DNA of 64,000 nucleotides from an uncultured candidate division Zixibacteria bacterium. Its GTDB lineage: Bacteria > Zixibacteria > MSB-5A5 > RBG-16-43-9. The notes beneath the pieces were generated by a model. That model did no database searches. It was not told the origin of the DNA and saw only the letters and a list, made by a program, of their open reading frames with translations. Location: assembly GCA_963713865.1 (NCBI GenBank), contig OY970208.1, positions 640,001 through 704,000 on the forward strand. Reading direction: 5' to 3'. Shown here piece by piece: positions 38,091 to 48,973 of this stretch (within the stretch, counting starts at the first letter, position 1; every line of letters starts with the position of its first letter). The translations under genes and the position numbers were made by a program.

Positions 38091-39458
38091 ATGCCTTTAA
38101 ACAACGAAAAGGTCTGGGAAGAATGTCTTGACATTCTCAGCCAGAAAATAAAAAAACAGAGTTTTCATACCTGGCTCAGACCCACCAAGGGGGTCTCCTG
38201 TGAGGAGAAGACGTTGAAGGTGGCAGTACCTAACAAATTTGTGGCAGAGTGGCTGGAAGAGCATTACCTGGAACAAATTCATGAGGCCATAGATAAAGTA
38301 ACCCGGGAGAGTCTGCCTCTTTCCTTTTTGATCTCAACGGAGATGGGCGAGACCTTAACCAGAATAAACTTTGAGGAGACAGAAAGGGAGGGAGCCGTTC
38401 TTTTAAAAAAATCTTTATTAAGTCAGAAAAAAAATTGCCAGTTCAATCCCAGATATACCTTTGAGACCTTTGTGGTGGGAGAGAGTAATCAGTTTGCCCA
38501 TGCAGCTGCTTTAGCTGTAGCGGAAGCACCGGGAAAAACCAAGTTTAACCCTTTCTTTATTTACGGGGGGGTGGGATTGGGGAAAACCCATCTGGCTCAG
38601 GCTATCGGGCATTATGTGAACGAAGAATATGTAGAGCTAAACGTGCTCTATGCCACCAGCGAGAAGTTCACCAACGACTTCATAAATTCAATAACCAATA
38701 ATACCTCTCAGGAGTTCGTGAACTTTTATCGAAATGTCGATCTTCTCCTTTTAGACGATATTCAGTTTTTGGCTGGCAAGGAGAGCACGCAGGTTCAATT
38801 CTTCCATACCTTCAATGCCCTTTACCAGAGCGGCAAGCAGATAGTCTTAACTTCAGACCGTCCGCCTAAGGAGATCAAAGGATTAGAGGAAAGGCTCTTA
38901 TCCAGGATGCAATGGGGTCTGGTTACAGATATCCAGCCGCCGGATTTGGAAACCAGGATCGCCATCCTTCAGAAAAAAAGCGAATCGGATGGTATAACCA
39001 TCCCCCAGGAAATAGCAGTATTCATTGCAGACAATGTAACTTCTAATATCCGGGAATTGGAAGGTGCACTAATCCGTCTTTTAGCTTATTCCTCCTTAAA
39101 TGGCAAGGAACTGAGCGTTGATTTATCCAAAGAGGTTTTAAAAGATGTTATTAAAAACGGCTCTAAGGAGATAACCATAAGCGATATTCGAAAAAAAGTG
39201 GCAGAAAGTTTTAACCTTTCCGAGGAAAACCTTTGTTCCAAGAAAAAAACACAAGAGATTGCCATAGCCCGGCAGGTAGCAATGTATTTAGCCCGGAGCC
39301 TGACCAAAGCCTCCCTGAAAACCATCGGCTTGGAATTCGGGGGAAGAGATCATTCCACAGTAATTCATGCCTATAATCTGATCGTGGAATATTTAAAAAA
39401 AGATCTGGATTTTAAATTAAAGGTCGATGGGATTATCAACTTTTTGTATTCATCCTAA
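38091..39458 (+). CDS. dnaA: Replication initiator DnaA
   Basis: 'GGVGLGKTHL', 'DDIQFL', 'NIRELEGAL', 'GGRDHSTV'. Confidence 0.99.
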   Translation: MPLNNEKVWEECLDILSQKIKKQSFHTWLRPTKGVSCEEKTLKVAVPNKFVAEWLEEHYLEQIHEAIDKVTRESLPLSFLISTEMGETLTRINFEETEREGAVLLKKSLLSQKKNCQFNPRYTFETFVVGESNQFAHAAALAVAEAPGKTKFNPFFIYGGVGLGKTHLAQAIGHYVNEEYVELNVLYATSEKFTNDFINSITNNTSQEFVNFYRNVDLLLLDDIQFLAGKESTQVQFFHTFNALYQSGKQIVLTSDRPPKEIKGLEERLLSRMQWGLVTDIQPPDLETRIAILQKKSESDGITIPQEIAVFIADNVTSNIRELEGALIRLLAYSSLNGKELSVDLSKEVLKDVIKNGSKEITISDIRKKVAESFNLSEENLCSKKKTQEIAIARQVAMYLARSLTKASLKTIGLEFGGRDHSTVIHAYNLIVEYLKKDLDFKLKVDGIINFLYSS

Positions 39459-39485
39459 TTTGTCGAATTTGACCTTGAGGGATAC

Positions 39486-39692
39486 TGTGGATAAACTGTG
39501 GATTAGATGGGAGGAAAAGATTTTTTAAATTTTATTGTTGAAATATCTCTAATTTATTAATATCTTATCAACCAAAGAGATTTATATAATACATATTAAA
39601 ATATATGCACTATAAAGAGTTAATGAAAAACAAAATGAAGTTATCCCTAAATCCACAGTATTATTAATTATATATATTTATTAAAATAATTA
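39486..39692. other. oriC: Replication origin oriC (dnaA-dnaN spacer)
   Basis: TGTGGATAA 39486, TGTGGATTA 39497, tandem TTATCCCTAAATCCACA 39641-39657 followed by an AT-only stretch. Confidence 0.85.
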
Positions 39693-39704
39693 AGGAGGAA
39701 GAAA

Positions 39705-40820
39705 ATGAAGTTCACAATTTTAAAAAGTAAGCTCCTTTCTGCTCTTCAGGATATTGTCAATGTAGTTCCCAGTAAAACTACTTTGCCGGTTTTATCTCAC
39801 CTGCTCTTAGAAACGGATGATTCCAAATTAAAATTAGCCGCTACAGACTTAGATATATCAATTGTAACTACCATACCGGCAAATGTGATAAAAAAAGGCG
39901 GGATAACTATTCCGGCTAAAACCTTAACTGATATAATCAGGGAATCACCCGAGACCCAGATAGAGATAAATACCACTGAAAACCGGATGGAGCTAAAGAT
40001 CGATCAAGGTGTATATAAATTACCAGGCTTGCCAGTGGATGAGTTCCCTAAATTACCAACGGTAAATCTATCCAAAGAGATAAAAATATCCGGTACAGAT
40101 TTATGCCGGATGATAAGAAAAACCATCTTTGCTATTTCTATGGATGAAACCAGACCTGCTTTAAATGGTGTTCTGTGGCACACCAAAGGTGAAAATATGC
40201 AGATGGTAGCCACAGATGGTCACCGCTTAACAAAATTTTCCAGAGTAAATAAAAAATTAAAAGGGTTACACGAAGATGTGATCGTACCACCGAAGATCTT
40301 AAATCTTTTACTCAGGTTAATCGGAGATCAGGATAAAGAGATTGGGGTGATTTTCGAGGAAAAAAATCTAATCTTCGATTTAGGGGATACGATTTTATCC
40401 ACCCGGTTAATAGAAGGACCTTACCCGAACTTCGAACAGGTTATACCCAAGGATAACGATAAAAAATTAATCGTGGATAAGGAGCTTTTAGCTTCAACCG
40501 TGAGAAGGGTTTCAATACTTTCAAATATGCTCACCCATCAGGTGAAATTCTCAATAAAAAAAGATAGTCTAGAGCTTTCTTCTGCCAACTTCGACCTGGG
40601 TGGAGAGGCCAAGGAGAAAATCCCCTGCGAATACAAAAACGATGAGATGGATATCGGTTATAATGCCCTTTACATTCAGGACGTCTTAAAACAGACCGAT
40701 GGGGATGAGGTGGTTTTTGAGTTCTCCAGCCCGGTCTCAGCCGGTGTGGTCTATTCAACCCAGAAAAAAGAAGATGAAGATTATCTCTGCCTGATAATGC
40801 CCCTGAGGTTGGTGGAATAG
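39705..40820 (+). CDS. dnaN: DNA polymerase III beta clamp
   Basis: 'ATDLD', 'VATDGHRL', 'LIMPLR'. Confidence 0.98.
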   Translation: MKFTILKSKLLSALQDIVNVVPSKTTLPVLSHLLLETDDSKLKLAATDLDISIVTTIPANVIKKGGITIPAKTLTDIIRESPETQIEINTTENRMELKIDQGVYKLPGLPVDEFPKLPTVNLSKEIKISGTDLCRMIRKTIFAISMDETRPALNGVLWHTKGENMQMVATDGHRLTKFSRVNKKLKGLHEDVIVPPKILNLLLRLIGDQDKEIGVIFEEKNLIFDLGDTILSTRLIEGPYPNFEQVIPKDNDKKLIVDKELLASTVRRVSILSNMLTHQVKFSIKKDSLELSSANFDLGGEAKEKIPCEYKNDEMDIGYNALYIQDVLKQTDGDEVVFEFSSPVSAGVVYSTQKKEDEDYLCLIMPLRLVE

Positions 40821-40857
40821 TCCCATTTTTTTCGAAATTATATTTTTATAAATTCCA

Positions 40858-40903
40858 AGGGGAAAGAGTTTTATTTCGTATATAATTAAAAATCTTTCCC
40901 CTT
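40858..40903 (+). terminator. Putative terminator after dnaN
   Basis: aaggggaaaga...tctttcccctt inverted repeat followed by T-rich sequence. Confidence 0.5.
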
Positions 40904-40977
40904 ATTTTTCTTTCAAAAAAAATCGTAAGTCCAAGAAAAATAGTTGCTTATTAAAATCGTAGATATTATATTAAAAT

Positions 40978-41280
40978 ATGAAGATAAGGGATAAAAAAGG
41001 ACCAGAAAGCCTGGGAGGAGTTCTTCAGAACCTCTTAAGGAACTTGGGATTAGAGAAAAGAATAAAGGAACAAGAGCTGGTTTTCAACTGGGATAAAATC
41101 GTCGGTGAGAAAATAGCAGATAAAGCTAAGGCGTATAAGATAGAAGGGAATAAACTTTTTGTCAGGGTTGAAAGCTCTTGCTGGAGGAATGAGCTTTTTT
41201 ATCTTAAAAAAAGTATCATTGAAAAATTAAATCAGTCAGTAAAAAAAGAGATAGTAAAGGATATAATCTTCCTCAATTAA
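40978..41280 (+). CDS. DUF721 / DciA family protein
   Basis: 'W.KIVGE.IA', 'L.V.V.SS.W..EL...K..II.KLN'; position before gyrB. Confidence 0.88.
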   Translation: MKIRDKKGPESLGGVLQNLLRNLGLEKRIKEQELVFNWDKIVGEKIADKAKAYKIEGNKLFVRVESSCWRNELFYLKKSIIEKLNQSVKKEIVKDIIFLN

Positions 41281-41320
41281 ATTTTTGATTATTATCTATT
41301 TTTGATATGGCGACCCAAAA

Positions 41321-41459
41321 AGAAACTTTTGAAAAACCAGAATTATCAAAGTGTCATTCTGAGTCCCCGTAGGGGGCGAAGAATCTCCATATGAATCAAA
41401 GAGATTCTTCGGTCGCTACCCTCCCTCAGAATGACAGGGTGGATTTTCTCAACACACCC
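41321..41459. mobile_element. MITE-like element, second copy
   Basis: Same internal palindrome as 12126-12275; right end ttttctcaacacaccc-taaa. Confidence 0.65.
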
Positions 41460-41499
41460 TAAAGGATCGCGCTACGAAAAGACCGGAAGAAGTAGGTAG

Positions 41500-43470
<1,971 letters not shown>

Positions 43471-43524
43471 TTTGGTAGGGGCACGTTGCAACGTGCCATT
43501 ACTACGTTTCGTTAAAGAAATATT

Positions 43525-44106
43525 ATGCAATACATTTTAATTCCATTAGTAACAATTGCCATTATAATAGTAGTAGTTTCAGTTACATTTTGTTTATCCG
43601 TCTCGGAAATTGTTCAGCTTGTAGTAGCAGGTGCTACGCTTCTTTTAGCAATTGCAGCATTCAAAAGTAGTAAGGAAAGCGAAAGACAGTTTATGAGGAG
43701 TAAATCACCTGTACTGAAGATAGATTTGAAAAAATGGAATGGATTATCGTCATATCAAGATAAAGATGGAAAAGAATTTTTCTGTGATAACGCCTTACTT
43801 ATTATTAAAAATGTGGGCTTTGCATCAACTTTTAATATAAAAATTGTTTGCAAAAGGGTAGATAAGATATATGAGGTGGATTTAGGAAATAAGCTGTCTT
43901 GTTTTGACTTGGAACAATCGGAGAATAAACAAATAAAATGCTCTTGTTCTGAGTTAACTAGAGAACATTTGGAAAAACCAATTAATATAGAGACAGTATA
44001 TATTGGTATTCTGGGAAATAAGTTGAGACAAAACTTTGAATTACCAATACAGCACGAAGGAGAATATGTAACAGCCTTGAAAACTTATTTGGATTTTGGT
44101 GTTTAG
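43525..44106 (+). CDS. Hypothetical AT-rich membrane-anchored protein between gyrB and gyrA
   Basis: 193-aa ORF with two N-terminal TM segments. Confidence 0.7.
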   Translation: MQYILIPLVTIAIIIVVVSVTFCLSVSEIVQLVVAGATLLLAIAAFKSSKESERQFMRSKSPVLKIDLKKWNGLSSYQDKDGKEFFCDNALLIIKNVGFASTFNIKIVCKRVDKIYEVDLGNKLSCFDLEQSENKQIKCSCSELTREHLEKPINIETVYIGILGNKLRQNFELPIQHEGEYVTALKTYLDFGV

Positions 44107-44145
44107 TACATATTGATATGGTCAATGCACTCCATAAAATATAAT

Positions 44146-46620
44146 ATGCCCCTTGAAAGAGAAAAAGTAGTTCCGGTCCTTTTAGAAGAGGAGATGAAAT
44201 CCTCCTATATCGACTATTCTATGTCGGTAATCACTGCCCGGGCTCTGCCGGATGTCAGGGATGGGCTGAAACCCTCTAATCGCCGGATCTTAGTAGCGAT
44301 GAACGATCTGAATTTAGCCCCGGGCAGACCTCATCGTAAATGTGCCAAGATAGCAGGTGATACTTCAGGTAATTATCATCCTCACGGTGAGCAGGTGGTC
44401 TACCCCACTTTAGTCCGTATGGCTCAGGATTTCAATATGAGATATACTTTAGTCGATGGACAGGGTAATTTTGGCTCCATCGACGGGGATGCACCAGCAG
44501 CGATGAGATATACAGAGGCGAGGTTTACCCCTTTTGCTATGGAGGTACTGGCTGATTTAGAGAAAGATACTGTCAATTTCGTCCCTAACTATGATGGGAC
44601 CAGAAATGAACCGGTAGTTTTACCTTCTAAATTCCCGAATCTAATCTGCAACGGCTCCTCCGGGATTGCAGTTGGAATGGCGACCAATATCCCCACTCAT
44701 AATCTTTCAGAAGTAGTAGATGCTTTAGTATCTTTAATCGATGACCCGGAATTAGAAGATGAAAAGCTTTTAAAATATATCCAGGGACCTGATTTTCCCA
44801 CCGGTGGTATCATTTACGGCAGGAGCGGGATAAAAGAATATTTTAGAACCGGAAGAGGTCGCCTGGTCTTAAGGGCAAGGGCAAATATTGAAAGGCAGAA
44901 ATCCGGTAAAGAGAGTATCATTGTCACCGAGATTCCTTATCAGATAAATAAAGCCAACCTCTTAGAGAAGATAGCGGATTTAGTCACAAATAAAGTCATA
45001 GAGGGGATCTCAGATTTAAGGGATGAGTCTGACCGGGAAGGGATGAGGATAGTAATAGAGCTGAAAAAGGAAACCCCGGCTGAGATAACCTTGAACCAGC
45101 TCTTTAAGCTGACCCAGATGCAGTCAACCTTCGGGGTGATAATGTTAGCCTTAGTGGATGGGGTGCCTAAGGTTTTAAATCTAAAAGAGCTTCTCATTTT
45201 ATTTATAGAACACCGGCATACAGTCATAATCCGCAGGACAAAATACGAGCTTGCTCAGGCAGAACACAGAGCGCATATACTTGAAGGTTTGAAGATTGCC
45301 CTGGAGAATATAGATGCGGTTATAAAACTGATCAAATCCTCAAAAGACCCGGCTGAGGCTAAAGATGGTTTAATGAAGAAGTTCAATATGACGGAGATTC
45401 AAGCCCAGGCTATACTGGATATGAGACTGCAGAGGCTTACCGGCCTGGAAAGAAAAAAAGTTGAAGAGGAATATTTAGAGTTAATTAAACTGATTGCTAC
45501 CCTGAAAGGGATATTGGAAAGTAAAGCTAAGAGGATGAATATCATTAAAGAGGAGCTTTTGGCTTTAAAGAAAAACTTTGGGGATCTAAGGAGGACTGAG
45601 ATCCGGGAAGAGGAGGAGGAGTTCACCATAGAAGACCTGATCGCCGAAGAAGATATGGTGATCACTGTTACCCATTATGGATATATAAAGAGACTGGGCA
45701 TTGATGCTTACAGGAGACAGGGTCGTGGTGGCAAGGGGGTTATCGGTATAGAGACCAGGGAAGAGGATTTTGTGGAGCATCTTTTTATCGCTTCAACTCA
45801 TGATTATATCCTCTTCTTTACCAATATCGGGAAATGCCACTGGCTTAAAGTTCACGAGATCCCGGTTGGTGGAAAGGTTACCAAAGGTAAATCGATTACC
45901 AACCTTCTGGATTTAGCTGAAGGGGAGAGGATAAGAGCTTTTGCACCGGTTAAGGAGTTTGTTGAGAACCGCTATGTGGTGATGTCGACTAAAAAAGGGA
46001 CCATCAAAAAAACCGAGCTTTCTGCCTTTTCAAACCCGCGAAGGGGTGGGATTAATGCTATAAATATTGACGAAGGGGATGAGCTGATTGAGGCGACCAT
46101 AACTGATGGAACCTGCGATATAGTTTTAGGGACAAAAGAAGGTTTGGCTATAAGATTCCCTGAAGATAAGGTTAGAAGTATGGGTAGGACAGCTTATGGG
46201 GTTAAGGGAATCTCCCTGCGGGGGAAAGCCGATAAAAGCCTTACGGCTCGTAGAGATGAGGTCGTAGGGATGGTGGTGATAAAGAGGGATGCAACATTAC
46301 TGGTAGTAACTGAAAACGGTTTTGGCAAGAGGACTCCAATTTCCGATTACCGGGTAACTAACAGGGGTGGTAAGGGGGTTATAAATGTTAAGACTTCTGA
46401 AAGAAACGGTAAAGTTGTGGCAATAAAAGAGGTTTTGGAAGATGACGAGCTGATGATTATAACCGAGAAGGGGATTATAATAAGACAGCCAGTAAAACAG
46501 ATTAAAGAGATTGGGAGAAATACCCAGGGGGTTAAGCTGATTAATCTGGATGAAGGGGATAGGGTGGTGGATGTGGCACGGGTAGTTAAGAGCGAAGAAG
46601 AAAGTTCAAACGTTCAATAA
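44146..46620 (+). CDS. gyrA: DNA gyrase subunit A
   Basis: 'RALPDVRDGLKP', 'AAMRYTE', GyrA-box 'QGRGGKG'; ATG at 44146. Confidence 0.99.
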   Translation: MPLEREKVVPVLLEEEMKSSYIDYSMSVITARALPDVRDGLKPSNRRILVAMNDLNLAPGRPHRKCAKIAGDTSGNYHPHGEQVVYPTLVRMAQDFNMRYTLVDGQGNFGSIDGDAPAAMRYTEARFTPFAMEVLADLEKDTVNFVPNYDGTRNEPVVLPSKFPNLICNGSSGIAVGMATNIPTHNLSEVVDALVSLIDDPELEDEKLLKYIQGPDFPTGGIIYGRSGIKEYFRTGRGRLVLRARANIERQKSGKESIIVTEIPYQINKANLLEKIADLVTNKVIEGISDLRDESDREGMRIVIELKKETPAEITLNQLFKLTQMQSTFGVIMLALVDGVPKVLNLKELLILFIEHRHTVIIRRTKYELAQAEHRAHILEGLKIALENIDAVIKLIKSSKDPAEAKDGLMKKFNMTEIQAQAILDMRLQRLTGLERKKVEEEYLELIKLIATLKGILESKAKRMNIIKEELLALKKNFGDLRRTEIREEEEEFTIEDLIAEEDMVITVTHYGYIKRLGIDAYRRQGRGGKGVIGIETREEDFVEHLFIASTHDYILFFTNIGKCHWLKVHEIPVGGKVTKGKSITNLLDLAEGERIRAFAPVKEFVENRYVVMSTKKGTIKKTELSAFSNPRRGGINAINIDEGDELIEATITDGTCDIVLGTKEGLAIRFPEDKVRSMGRTAYGVKGISLRGKADKSLTARRDEVVGMVVIKRDATLLVVTENGFGKRTPISDYRVTNRGGKGVINVKTSERNGKVVAIKEVLEDDELMIITEKGIIIRQPVKQIKEIGRNTQGVKLINLDEGDRVVDVARVVKSEEESSNVQ

Positions 46621-46685
46621 TTCAAAAGTTTAAAAGAATAAATTATTAATAGACTCGCCTTGCCCTCAAGGCGGGGGAAATGTAG

Positions 46686-46716
46686 AGTCCGGGTTTATCC
46701 CGGACGTTTTTTTTTC
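46686..46716 (+). terminator. Putative terminator after gyrA (REP-derived)
   Basis: gtccgggtttatcccggac followed by a T-run. Confidence 0.6.
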
Positions 46717-46837
46717 GTAGAGCGACCCTTTTAGGGTCGCCTCTACGAAAAAACTCCAAACTGTATTTCAGAGGCGGAACTGGTTGAAAACTATTTTTGA
46801 TTTGTCAAACAGTCCGCCCAAGGCGGACATGCTTAAC

Positions 46838-47337
46838 CTACGAGCTGCGGTCGTCATAAATTTTTTGTAATAGATGAACATCCAAAAGTTTCCCAAATTT
46901 TCGACCAACTTCCCTCATAATTCCTATGTGCTCAAAATCCACCGATTCGTGAAGATGAATACTTGCTTTTCCATCCTCAGCCACTCTAGCTATTACTGTA
47001 TGGAGGCCTACTTTTTGACCTTCCTGCATAATTGCTTCCAAAAGCTTCTTCCCAATTCCCTTGCCTTGAAATTCTTCCTTAACATAGAGTGAAATTTCAG
47101 CAGTATCAGAATATGCACATCTATCAGACCATTTGCTTAAAGACACCCAACCACAAGACCGTTCTCCTCTGCAACTAATATGGGATACTTAGTGCCATGA
47201 TTTGAAAACCATGCACTCTGTTCCTTAAGAGTTTTAGGCTGGGTGTCGAAGGTGGCTACTGTTCTAACAATAGCTTCATTGTATATCTCTGTAATTCGAT
47301 CCAGATCCTTTAGTTCCGCCTTCCTAATTCTCAGCAT
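46838..47337 (-). pseudogene. Phosphinothricin N-acetyltransferase-like GNAT, frameshifted near 47145
   Basis: N half 'I..IYNEAI....ATFD'; C half 'AY..TAEISLYV....QGKGIGK.L', 'VGRKFG'. Confidence 0.88.
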
Positions 47338-47519
47338 ATATACTCTTTAGATGATTTTAGTCCGCCAGAAGCGGAGATGGTTGACAACCATTTTTGATTG
47401 TCAAGCAGGCTAAGCCATACTTGATCTACAAGCTGTCTGTTCCTTTGTATTTGAACTCAGATTGTCCGTTCGGCTGAGCTCACGATGAAGCCCTCTCCTA
47501 AAAGGAGAGAAGAAATTAA

Positions 47520-47681
47520 GTAGGGGTGGGGTCACCCCGCCCTTTGGCGGGTCGCCACTACGAAAATATTGTAAGGACAGAACATTGTTCTGTCCCTACG
47601 CTGATTTGTCATTGCGTTCCCGTAGGGGGACTTCTTGCAATGACCAGATTTTCATAGGGGCGTATTGCAATACGCCCCTAC
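47520..47681. repeat. Cluster of GTAG-type REP palindromes
   Basis: gtaggggtggggtcacccc, gtaaggacagaacattgttctgtccctac, taggggcgtattgcaatacgcccctac; similar hairpins at 3827, 12078, 43475, 46717, 61443, 61548. Confidence 0.8.
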
Positions 47682-47695
47682 CTTTTGTTCCATAA

Positions 47696-48691
47696 TTAAA
47701 AATGTCTATAACCGGTTTTCTTCAAATTTCTGATTTTACCATCCTGATTTAAAATCTTAACCCCTTCCTCTTTTCTCTTAATCTCTCCTATTAAGCTAAC
47801 CTGAAATTTACCCTGAGTAATTTTTCTTAGCTTCTCTTGTTCCTCTGGGCTTAAGGTGAAAAGAAGCTCGTATTCCTCTCCTGAGCTTAAAGCTAAATTT
47901 AGAGGTGAAAGGTTTAAAAGCTTACAAGCCTCTCTCGTTTTCTGGCTAACAGGAATTTTGTCAGCAGAGATTAAAGCTCCCTTATTGCTCTCCTCGCAGA
48001 TATGATATAGATCAGAAGAAAGCCCGTCGCTAATATCGATCATCGAGGTTACCTTCAAGTTCTTCACTAAAAGCCTGCTTTCCTCTATCCTCGGATAAGG
48101 GGTAAGATGTTTTTTTATAATGGAGCTATTAAATGGGATTTTATTCTTTGAGGATTTTTTCAAAAATCTTAATCCAGCCTCAGCTTCCCCCAAATCACCT
48201 GTCACGCAGATTAAATCCCCGACTTTTGCACCTGACCTGGTCTTAAACAGATTTTTTTCAACCTCTCCTAAGAGTGATATGGTTATCACTAAAGACTTAG
48301 ATGAGAAAATATCTCCTCCTACAACCGGGCACTTGAATCTTGAAGATAGGGTTTTCAGTCCGGAATAGAGCTTCAGAATATCTTCAACTTTTGTTCTTGA
48401 TGAAACCCCCAAGGAAATTATCCCGGCTAAGGGAATCCCTCCCATAGCGGCAATATCGGATAGATTTGCAGCTATACTTTTCCAGCCCACATCTCTGTAA
48501 GAACAATATTTTAAGTCGAAATGGACTTTCTCCATCAGGGTATCGGTGGTGAAAACCAAGAGTTTATTTTTTGAGTATCTGAGGACCGCCGCATCATCCC
48601 CGATATTTAAAACAACTCTTTTGTCCCTGGTATAGATTTTCTTTCGGATTAAATCAATCAGCCCGAACTCGCCTATATTTTTTAATTCCAT
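47696..48691 (-). CDS. thiL: Thiamine-phosphate kinase
   Basis: 'GEFGLI', 'GDDAA', 'NLSDIAAMG', 'IDISDGL', 'GEEYELLF'. Confidence 0.96.
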   Translation of the reverse strand: MELKNIGEFGLIDLIRKKIYTRDKRVVLNIGDDAAVLRYSKNKLLVFTTDTLMEKVHFDLKYCSYRDVGWKSIAANLSDIAAMGGIPLAGIISLGVSSRTKVEDILKLYSGLKTLSSRFKCPVVGGDIFSSKSLVITISLLGEVEKNLFKTRSGAKVGDLICVTGDLGEAEAGLRFLKKSSKNKIPFNSSIIKKHLTPYPRIEESRLLVKNLKVTSMIDISDGLSSDLYHICEESNKGALISADKIPVSQKTREACKLLNLSPLNLALSSGEEYELLFTLSPEEQEKLRKITQGKFQVSLIGEIKRKEEGVKILNQDGKIRNLKKTGYRHF

Positions 48692-48973
48692 TTTTCAGTT
48701 TCCCTCGTTGTCACAGGAGTAACAACGCTACCATCATTTCCTCCTGTAGCGTCCTCACTCCTGTCCTCCGGATCCGCTCCTAAGGATGAAGACGACTGTA
48801 TTTCTCCTCCTTTGATGGCCGATAAAAGCTTTACGGCTCGTAGAGGAGGGGATAAAGGGGAGGGTGATTCCAAAATACCTTTATATTTACCCCTCTCCTT
48901 AATCCTCTTCCACAAGGGAAGAGGAAAATATCTTCTGCTATGCTGTTAATCATACAACGTTATAATCTTTTTA

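Noticed and set aside
43511-44112. Gene between gyrB and gyrA as an integron cassette
   Set aside because: GTTAAAG lies upstream but no attC palindrome follows the stop.
48682-48915. 77-aa ORF upstream of thiL
   Set aside because: Translation of REP elements (SPSPLSPP...).
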